NCBI GenBank assembly: GCA_016718385.1
Contig: JADKDK010000009.1
Span: forward strand, 44,311-108,310
Direction of reading: 5' to 3'
DNA from: Gammaproteobacteria bacterium
GTDB taxonomy: Bacteria > Pseudomonadota > Gammaproteobacteria > Pseudomonadales > UBA5518
DNA: 64,000 nt
Shown here: in pieces, positions 11,518 through 19,640 of the stretch
Numbering within the stretch: position 1 is the stretch's first letter
Layout of the letters: every line of letters starts with the position of its first letter
The notes under the pieces: model-generated
What the model was told of the DNA's origin: nothing
Database searches by the model: none
The model's input: the letters and a program-made list of their open reading frames with translations, nothing else
Made by a program: the position numbers and the translations under genes

Positions 11518-13287
11518 TCATGACCCATGCGATTCGCGCGTGACAAGCGCGGGGCGCGCCTGTACCGGCACCGCCTGCTCTCCCCGGATCAGGCGTCCCG
11601 GCAGCGCGCCGGTGGGCTTTCCCCCGCGCTGCACCACCGCCCCGCTGACGATGGTCGCGACATAACCGCGCGCATCCTGCACCATGCGCCGCCCGCCGGC
11701 CGGCAGGTCGTAGCGCACGCGCGGCGGCTCGAGCGCGAGGCGCGCGAAATCGATGAGGTTGACGTCGGCCTTGTAGCCCGACGCCAGCACGCCGCGATCG
11801 TTCAGCCCCACCGCCTGCGCGGTACGCTGCGTCAGTCCGTGCACCACCTGCGCCAGCGGCAGGCGCTCGCCGCGGCTGCGCTCGCGCACCCAGTACTGCA
11901 GCATGTAGGTCGGCAGGCTCGCGTCGCACAGGAACCCGAGGTGCGCCCCGCCATCGCCGAGACCATAGATCGCGTGCGGATGGCGCATCATCGTGAGCAG
12001 GTCGTCCAGCGAGTTGCCCACGAAGTTCACGGTGGGCGCCATCAGCACGGCCTGTGCGTCCTGCTCGAGCATCAGGTCGTAGGCCATCTCCTGCGGCGTC
12101 ACGCCGCGAAGCGCGGCCAGGCCCGCGACGCTGCCCTCGGCCGTGGGCTCGTAGAAGGGCTGTTCGCCGAGCGGGTACATGCCCGCCCACATCCGCAGCA
12201 GCGCCTCGCCCGGGAAGCCGGAGGACTCGGGCGTCTCGGTCACGATGCGCGCGCGGATCTCGGGGCGCCGCAACTGCTCGCGGCGCTGCGCCACGCTCAG
12301 CCCGGACAGCGACTTGAAGGTCGGCGTGTAGCTGAACGGGTTGAAGCTCAGCTCGAAGCCGAGGTTCAGCCCGATGGGGCGCCCGCTGACCTGGGCCTTG
12401 ATGTCCATCCCGTCGGCATTGCAGGCGTCGATCCAGGCGAGGATCTTGCGCCACTTGTCGGGGGCGTGGTGCCACTGCAGCAGGGACACCGACAGCGGCC
12501 GGCCCGAACGCTGCACAACGCGGCGCAGCATCGGCAGCTCGGTGTCCAGGTCGGTGAAATCGGAGACCAGCTGCAGCACGCCGCGCCCCCTGACGCCCAG
12601 CGCGGCACCGATGGCCGCGAGTTCGTCCTCGGCCGCGGTCAGCGTGGGCACCGGGATGCCGTCGCTGGCGCGGTGGTTGATCGTGCGCGAGGTGCCGAAG
12701 CCCAGCGCCCCGGCGTCGATCGCCTCGCCCGCCAGCCGTGCCATCAGCGCGCAGTCCCCGGCGTTGGCCGCCTCGCGCGCCACCGCGCGCTGCCCCATCG
12801 CGAAGACGCGCAGCGCCGCGTGCGGGATCTGGGTCGCTATGTCGCAGTCGTAGCGTCGCGCGTCCAGCGCATCCAGGTACTCGGGGAAGCTCTCCCAGTT
12901 CCACGGCAGCCCGGTGGCGAGCACCACCTCGGGCAGGTCCTCGACGCCTTCCATGAGCTTCACCAGCCGCTCGCGGTCCGCGGGGCGGCAGGGCGCGAAG
13001 CCGACGCCGCAATTGCCGAGCAGCGCGGTGGTGACGCCGTGCGAGGTCGAGGGCACCAGGCGGTTCTCCCAGGTGACCTGGCCGTCGTAGTGCGTGTGGA
13101 TGTCGACGAAGCCGGGCGTGACCAGCAGGCCGCGCGCGTCGATCTCCTCGCGCCCGCGCTGCGCGAGCCTCTCGCCCACCGCGCTGATCCGCCCTCCCGT
13201 GATCGCGACATCGCCGGTGAAGGGCTCCGCCCCGGTGCCGTCGACGACGGTGCCGCCGCGGATGATCAGGTCTGCTGTTTCGCGCAT
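11518..13287 (-). CDS. N-acyl-D-amino-acid deacylase (D-aminoacylase) family amidohydrolase
   Basis: ATG 13287 (MRETADLIIRGGTVVDG) within ORF 11518..13347. Metal-dependent amidohydrolase signatures GFVDIHTHYDGQ and HGVTTALLGNCG. Confidence 0.75.
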   Translation of the reverse strand: MRETADLIIRGGTVVDGTGAEPFTGDVAITGGRISAVGERLAQRGREEIDARGLLVTPGFVDIHTHYDGQVTWENRLVPSTSHGVTTALLGNCGVGFAPCRPADRERLVKLMEGVEDLPEVVLATGLPWNWESFPEYLDALDARRYDCDIATQIPHAALRVFAMGQRAVAREAANAGDCALMARLAGEAIDAGALGFGTSRTINHRASDGIPVPTLTAAEDELAAIGAALGVRGRGVLQLVSDFTDLDTELPMLRRVVQRSGRPLSVSLLQWHHAPDKWRKILAWIDACNADGMDIKAQVSGRPIGLNLGFELSFNPFSYTPTFKSLSGLSVAQRREQLRRPEIRARIVTETPESSGFPGEALLRMWAGMYPLGEQPFYEPTAEGSVAGLAALRGVTPQEMAYDLMLEQDAQAVLMAPTVNFVGNSLDDLLTMMRHPHAIYGLGDGGAHLGFLCDASLPTYMLQYWVRERSRGERLPLAQVVHGLTQRTAQAVGLNDRGVLASGYKADVNLIDFARLALEPPRVRYDLPAGGRRMVQDARGYVATIVSGAVVQRGGKPTGALPGRLIRGEQAVPVQARPALVTRESHGS

Positions 13288-13331
13288 GTGCCGTGCCGTT
13301 CCACTTCTGCCGCCAATTATCGATTCATGAC

Positions 13332-13383
13332 TGTAGGAGCGGCCCATGGCCGCGAATCATCGCGCGCATGGCGCGCTCCTACA
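13332..13383. repeat. Head-to-head pair of REP-like units (TGTAGGAGCG-hairpin-CGCGAAT type)
   Basis: The unit tgtaggagcggcccatggccgcgaat faces its inverted partner (tgtaggagcgcgccatgcgcgcgatg on the other strand). The outer arms tgtaggagcg/cgctcctaca are perfect, and each unit has a 6-bp stem with a CAT loop. Intergenic. Confidence 0.7.
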
Positions 13384-13410
13384 CAAGGACGCACCGGCGC
13401 GCACCGATCA

Positions 13411-14613
13411 TCAGACAATGCGGTAGAGCTCGGCCGCGTTGTCGTGGAGAATCCACGCCTTCTGCTGCTCCGTCAGGTGCTGCGTCTGCCCCAGCAGCAG
13501 CTCGCGGCTCCACGGCCAGGTCGAATCGCTGTGCGGGAAATCGTTGGCCCACATCAGGCGGCGCGGATTCAGCATGTCGACGAGCTTCAGCGCGACCCAG
13601 TCGTCCTGGAAGGTCATGTACACGTTCTCGTAGAAGTACTCGCTCGGCGTGCGCGCCATGTCGCCCATCTTCAGCCAGAAGCGGTGGCGGTTGTAGCCAT
13701 GGTCCATGCGGTAGGCAAAGTGCGGCGCCCAGCCCGCGTCGGCCTCGACGCAAACCACCTTCAACGCCGGGTGGCGCTCGAACACGCGGCCCCAGATGAA
13801 GGTGCCGATGATGTCCTGGATCGATTTGATCAGCATCTGCGCGGCGTTCTGCGGCGGCCCGCGGTGCGCCGAAGCCCCGCGCTGGCCGCTGGCGCCGATG
13901 GCGTTGGCGCCATCGCTGCGGCTGGTGAGGATGTGGAAACCGAGCGGCAGCCCGAGATCGACCGCGGCGCGCCACAGCGGATCGAAGCTCGGGTGGTCGT
14001 AGTCCTCCGCGGTAGCGGGGTTGCCCGGCATCATCACGCCCCTGAAGCCCATTTCGCTGAAGCGGCGGAACTCCTCGATGGTCTCCGCCACCGAGCGCAC
14101 CGCGGTCTGGCCCATGCCGAACAGCCGATCGGGCGCCGCAGCGCAGAACTCCTCCTGCAGCCAGCGGTTGTAGGCCCACATGCACGCGTGCTTGTAGTCG
14201 GCGTCCGGGTGGTTGCAGATCACCATGCCGACGGAAGGGTAGATGATCTCCGCCGCGATGCCGTCGCGGTCCTGGTCGGCGAGGCGCGCCTTGCCGTCCC
14301 AGCCGCCGCGGTGCAGGTCCTCGACGCGGCTCTCGCTCTTCCTGATCTCGCGCGGATCCTTGCCCGCCGCCGCCACGATGCCCAGCGGCACCGCAGACGC
14401 CATGCCGTCGATCACGAACACGTCGCCGCCGTCGGCATCGCGCACCACTTTCGGCGCGCGGTCGCGGAAGGCCGGATCGATGCGGTCGATATAGCAGTGC
14501 GGCGGCTCGGTGACGTGCGAGTCGGCCGAGATCAGCCGCGGCGGCAGCGCGTTGCCCAGCGCCGCGGCAGCGGATTTTTCAATGCTCGCCAGGATAGGGT
14601 TCGTCACTGCCAT
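13411..14613 (-). CDS. Amidohydrolase-2 (ACMSD-like) family metal-dependent hydrolase
   Basis: 400-aa ORF with ISADSHVTEPP at the N-terminus and a WANDFPHSDSTWP C-terminal motif typical of the family. Confidence 0.7.
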   Translation of the reverse strand: MAVTNPILASIEKSAAAALGNALPPRLISADSHVTEPPHCYIDRIDPAFRDRAPKVVRDADGGDVFVIDGMASAVPLGIVAAAGKDPREIRKSESRVEDLHRGGWDGKARLADQDRDGIAAEIIYPSVGMVICNHPDADYKHACMWAYNRWLQEEFCAAAPDRLFGMGQTAVRSVAETIEEFRRFSEMGFRGVMMPGNPATAEDYDHPSFDPLWRAAVDLGLPLGFHILTSRSDGANAIGASGQRGASAHRGPPQNAAQMLIKSIQDIIGTFIWGRVFERHPALKVVCVEADAGWAPHFAYRMDHGYNRHRFWLKMGDMARTPSEYFYENVYMTFQDDWVALKLVDMLNPRRLMWANDFPHSDSTWPWSRELLLGQTQHLTEQQKAWILHDNAAELYRIV

Positions 14614-14970
14614 CGCACTGCTCTCCTGTAATGGTTGTCATGGAGCCCCGCCAGCCAGCGCGGGAGCCAGCGGAGATTACGCCAGTCGCGCCGCCGGAAT
14701 AAACGCTTGCGCACGCTTTGTATGGCGCCGCCGGAGCACGCGCGACAGGCGTGGCGAGGATGTCGCCTTACCGCCTGCAGGTTTGCCTTCCCTGGATCCG
14801 GCTCCGGCCGGACATCGGCTTGTCGCGGGACCCAACGAGCCGCTGCTGTGCCCACTTGCCTGTGCCGCGATTGCCACGCCGCGCTGGAGAAGATCGATCC
14901 CCGCCGGATCGAGCTGGCGGGCGATCGCGACGCATCGACCCTGCAGGCGCTCCCCGAAGCGATCCTGCCG

Positions 14971-14997
14971 CTGTCGATGTCCCGCGACAGTTTTTTT
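14971..14997 (+). terminator. Weak orphan terminator-like element (6-bp stem + T7)
   Basis: ctgtcg-N8-cgacag followed by ttttttt. A T7 tract is rare in this GC-rich DNA. It has no convincing upstream + strand gene (only the doubtful ORF 14635..15003). Confidence 0.25.
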
Positions 14998-15141
14998 CGT
15001 TGAATCCGTCACGGGCGGCAACTTGCCCCGGTGACGGCGCGTCATGCCTGTGCTCCAATCGTGCCCGGTTCGTCCACCGGCCGGGCGACATGCCGAAATC
15101 GTGTAAAGGGTGAGGAGCGCGCACCACGCGCGAAGGCCGTC

Positions 15142-18100
15142 ATGAGCATTTCGAGAAATCAGCCTTGCCCCTGCGACAGCGGCAAGCGCTACAAGCATTG
15201 TTGTGGCGCCAGGGGCGACGCGCCGCCTACGGCTCCTGCGCCGACCGCTGCCATCGAACTCAGGCTGATCATGCAGCGCGCGATGGCGCACCAGACGCAA
15301 GGTTCTGCCGGCTGGCCCTGAGCAACGCCGACAGCGCGCGTGCCGCCCGCCTGATGGGCGCATACCAGTCGTGGCTCGATTCGGTTCGCGGCGAAGTCCC
15401 CGGGACAAGGTGGATCAGCGTCATCCTCCATGCGTGCGATACTCCCTCCGCCCTGAGTCGCACTCTCGCGGTTCTGGCACGTGCCTCGGTTGCGCCAATC
15501 GAGGTCGTGATACCCGCGGACCTGCTGGCCAGCATCGAAGCGCCTCCGCCTTCGCTGGCGATGTGCGTCGTCACGGTGGCCGCGGGCGATGAGGGCGAGC
15601 GGCTCAATGCCTTGTGCGACGCGGCCGCCGGCGACTACCTGCTGGCGCTGCGTGCGACGGAGTCGATCGACGAGTCACGCTTCGCCGCGTTGGCGTCATC
15701 CCCAGCCACTGCGGACTGCTGGTCGATCGCGATAGCGGACGACCCGGCAGATCGGCGGCTGGACGCACTCCTGGCGCAATCGCCCACCCTCGGCTTTGCG
15801 CTGCTGGTCGCGGGAGACCGATTCGCCCTCGACGGTGCGATGCTCGTGCCGCGCGAGCTGCACCGGAGGACAGGCGGCTATCGCGCCGGGAGTGCCAGCG
15901 CGCTGCTGGATTACGCGTTGCGCCTGCTCTGGCAGGCCGAGCCCTTGCCGCTTCGTTACCTGCCGCAGTCCGCCCCGGCGACCCGCGATGGCCCGAAGGC
16001 ACTCCCGGCGTGCATCAGCGATTACCTTCGAACGGCACTCGACGGCGAGACGGCGGCCAACGCCTTTGCGCCCGCGTTCGACTCGTGGGGGATATATCTT
16101 TGCCGCCAGGTGGTGAGCAGCGGCTTGTTTCCGGCCCCGGACGTGATGGCCCGCGTCAACAACGCCATCGCGAATTACCTGGAACACAAGCACGGACGAG
16201 TGATCCGGACCGAGGCGGGGTTGAACCTGGTTGGGCCGGCGCGCGGTGAATTCGGCCTTGCGGAGAACATGCGGGCTTTTGCCCGGGCGTGCCTCGAAGG
16301 CGGCATTCCCTGCGCCGTCAGGGACCTGAACCTTGCGCTGAGAACGCGCCAGGGCGATGTGTCCCTCGCCGAGCACTTCGCGGAGGAGGCACCCCACGAT
16401 TGTTCGGTGTTTTTCCTGAACCCGGATTCACGCCAACTCTACGATCAGTCACTCGATGCCGTCGTGTTCGAACGCACGACGCTCGATTTCCGGCACTACA
16501 AGATCGGCTACTGGTTCTGGGAGCTGGAGAAGATCCCGACGCAGTGGGACTACGCAATGTCGAAGGTGGACGAGATATGGGTCGCCACCGAGTTCGTTGC
16601 CACGGCAATCCGTGCCGTAACGGACAAGCCGGTCATCAAGATTCCCACCCCCATCGCCTTCGGGGTGACCGGCGATTACGACCGCCGCTATTTCGATCTG
16701 CCCGAAGACAAGTTCCTGTTCCTGTTCAGCTTCGACTTCAATTCATTTTCCGCGCGCAAGAACCCGCACGGGCTCGTGCGCGCGTTCCGCAAGGCGTTTC
16801 CCGCGCACCGGCGCGACGTTGCCCTCGTCATCAAGTCGATAAACGGCGGCAACCGGCCCGATGCCGTGGAGGCGCTGTTCGACATGGCCCAGCACGATCC
16901 GCGCATCCTGCTGCGCGACGCGTTCCTGGGTCGCGACGAGGTATTCGGCTTGCAGAGTGTCATCGACTGCTTCGTGTCGCTGCACCGCGCCGAGGGCCTG
17001 GGCCTGGGGCTCGCTGAGTGCATGTACCAGGGCAAGCCCGTGATCGGCACGGGCTACTCCGGCAACCTGGAGTTCATGAACGAGCACAACAGTGCCCTGG
17101 TCCGGTACGCGCTCGTGCCCATCGAGCGCGGCGAGTACCTGTACGACGATCCCGGATTCTTCTGGGCCGAGCCGGACGAGGATCATGCCGCGCAACTGAT
17201 GCGCAGGATGGTGGACGACGTGGAATACCGTCGGCGCCTGGCCTTGCGCGGCCAGCAGGACCTGCGCGCCCGCTTCAGCAACGCATCGGCCGCGAAAGGC
17301 ATTGCGCAACGGCTCGAGCAACTGGGCCTTCGCGATTCCACCGGAAAGGCGATGGGGAATCGCGAACGCAAGGCCGGAACCGACACTGAACCGGGCGATC
17401 TCGACCAGGCATATCGCGCTCGCGGCAGCCATCCCGGGCTGGTTCACCTGCTGTCCAAGAGCCTGCCCAGATCCGGGCATCACCACCTGGTCGACATGCT
17501 CTCCTCGCTCTACGGGAAGGCGTTCGATTACTGCGAGTACTACCAGGTCCCGGAAGCGGAGTGCTGCAAGCAGGAACCATGCACGAGGTTCTGCAATCCG
17601 GCGCGATTCGCGGACCGTGGTGGTCACGTGTCGATGCAAAAGAGCCACGATTTCCAGCTCGCAGACCCGATCATGGCGGGGCGCCATTGGCTGAAGTACC
17701 TGGTCATGACGCGGGATTTCAGCTCCGCCGTTCAATCGGAGATCAAGCTGCTGCTGATCGATCGCCATGCCGGCTTCCTGGCAGGACACGGGATCGATGC
17801 GAAGCGCCTGTTGCAGCGCCATGAGAAATCGCTTTACCGCCGCGCGCTCGAACTCATCGACGGGGAAGGGCTGCGCCTGCCGCTGGCCACTATCGACACC
17901 TTCCTGGACGAGCGTTTCGTCTATTATCGGCACTTCGCCCGGAAATGGCTGCAGTTCGCCCGGCGCCACCCCACCGATGCGCTCGTTATCCGTTACGACC
18001 ATCTCGTCGGAGAACATCGCCGCGCGACCGTGGAGTCGCTCGTCGCGTTCATCGGCATCGATCCCGTGGTAGCCATCGACCGCGCGCTGGCCGACTGGCC

Positions 18101-18227
18101 CGTCCTGTCTATACACGACAGGAAAGCCGAGCAAAGCCAGGCAGCCGCGGAACTGGTCGAGGCCAGGCGCGGGATCCTGTCGCTCTACGACGGCCAGCTG
18201 AGGCGGATGCAGCAACACTCCGGATGA
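15142..18227 (+). CDS. SEC-C motif / glycosyltransferase (GT-A-like + GT4-like) / sulfotransferase-like multidomain protein; apparent 1-nt frame shift near 15308 (alternative: separate 59-aa SEC-C ORF plus GT starting at ATG 15354)
   Basis: MSISRNQPCPCDSGKRYKHCCG (SEC-C zinc motif) is in frame 1 and stops at 15321. Frame 0 then continues ...RLALSNADSARAARLMGAYQSWL..WISVILHAC.. (GT-A-like). The GT-B domain shows KFLFLFSFDFNSFSARKNP...HRAEGLGLGLAECMYQGKPVIGTGYSGNLEFM. The C-terminus shows LPRSGHHHLVDML and IRYDHLVGEHR (sulfotransferase-like). Confidence 0.6.
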
Positions 18228-18374
18228 CAGGTGCCGAAGGCGCTTCCTGCGCGCCTTCGACGGCATCCCGGCCCCGGCCCTTGCGATCCGAGGCGCGCGG
18301 ACCGTAGCATCGGCGCCTCGATGTGAACCCGTGGCGCACACCGGCGCGAACACACTGCAGGGAGACGCAGGACA

Positions 18375-19598
18375 ATGAACCATTGCCCGATGCACACGCT
18401 GCTGGACTTCGAGCGCTTTCGCCACGGCACGCCGCGCGAGCTGATCAACCGGCTGCGCGAGGAGCACCGCATCCTGTGGGAGACCGATGACTACTCCGGC
18501 GGGCACTGGCTGCTGTTCCACCAGGACGACATCGACCACGTGCTGAAGACGCCGGAGCTGTTCACGAACAACTACAGCCCGATCCTCGACGACTTCCCTG
18601 CGGAGATCCTCGCCGAACAGCAACAGAGCATGACCTTCATGGATCCGCCCGGGCACCGCAAGTACCGCTCGCTGGTGGATTACGCGTTCCGCCTGAAGCA
18701 GCTCGAGGCGCGCAAGCCGCTGATGCACCGGATTGCGCGGGAAACCGTCGACCGCGTGATCGATCGTGGCGAGTGCGAGTTCGTGAACGAGATCGCGATG
18801 CAGATGCCGATGCGCGTGATGTTCGCGCTGCTCGGCGTACGCGACCAGGACTTCGGCTACGTCGTGGACCTGGTGAACACGCTTGCGCTCGCCGACGACC
18901 CGGAGTTCGCCGAGAACCGCGCGCTCGGCTTCCAGGCCTCGATGGAGCTGATCGAATTCGGCACGCGCCTGGCCGCCGATCACCGCCGGAACCCGCGCGA
19001 CAGCATGACGATGGACGTGATCAACACCGCGATCGATGGTCGCGCGCTCGGCGACCGCGAATTCGGCCGCTTCTTCAACAACCTGGTCGTCGGCGGCCTC
19101 GAGACTACGCGCAACACGCTCGCGCTCGGCCTGCACCAGCTGATCCTGCACCCCGAGCAGTACCGCCTGCTCGAACAGGACCCGGGGCTGGTAGCCGGGG
19201 CGGTGGAGGAATTCCTGCGCCACCAGAACACCGTGGTCTACCTGCGCCGCACCGCGACGCGCGACATGGAGTACCTGGGCCAGCAGATCAGGAAAGGCGA
19301 CAAGCTGGTGTGCGTACTCGGTGCGCCGAACCGCGACCCGGCCCTGTTCCCGGACCCCGACGCCTTCGACATCACGCGCCCGGTCAACAACACGCGCAAG
19401 AACTACCGCACCTTCGGCCAGGGTCCGCACTACTGCGTGGGCGTGCACCAGGCGCGGCTCAACCTCGAGGTGATGCTGGAGGAGATCGTGCGTCGCATGA
19501 CGGACTTCCGCCTGCTCGCCGCGCCGCGCCACGCGCGCTCGATCTTCATGGAGGGCTACAAGGAAATGCGCGTGGGCTTCGCGAGGCGTGCGGCATGA
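18375..19598 (+). CDS. Cytochrome P450
   Basis: 407-aa ORF with I-helix VVGGLETT, the ExxR motif in EEFLRH, and the heme-Cys loop FGQGPHYCVG. Confidence 0.9.
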   Translation: MNHCPMHTLLDFERFRHGTPRELINRLREEHRILWETDDYSGGHWLLFHQDDIDHVLKTPELFTNNYSPILDDFPAEILAEQQQSMTFMDPPGHRKYRSLVDYAFRLKQLEARKPLMHRIARETVDRVIDRGECEFVNEIAMQMPMRVMFALLGVRDQDFGYVVDLVNTLALADDPEFAENRALGFQASMELIEFGTRLAADHRRNPRDSMTMDVINTAIDGRALGDREFGRFFNNLVVGGLETTRNTLALGLHQLILHPEQYRLLEQDPGLVAGAVEEFLRHQNTVVYLRRTATRDMEYLGQQIRKGDKLVCVLGAPNRDPALFPDPDAFDITRPVNNTRKNYRTFGQGPHYCVGVHQARLNLEVMLEEIVRRMTDFRLLAAPRHARSIFMEGYKEMRVGFARRAA

Positions 19599-19640
19599 AC
19601 GACTGGGAACAACGTCTGCGCGCGGCGCCGGTCGGCTGTT

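Noticed and set aside
14635-15003. 122-aa + strand ORF ending just before a T7 tract in the 530-bp spacer upstream of the SEC-C gene
   Set aside because: Most of it is Arg/Ser/Cys-rich and unlike a real protein. Only the last 40 aa or so look protein-like, so at best it is a gene remnant. It is reported only through the weak terminator feature.
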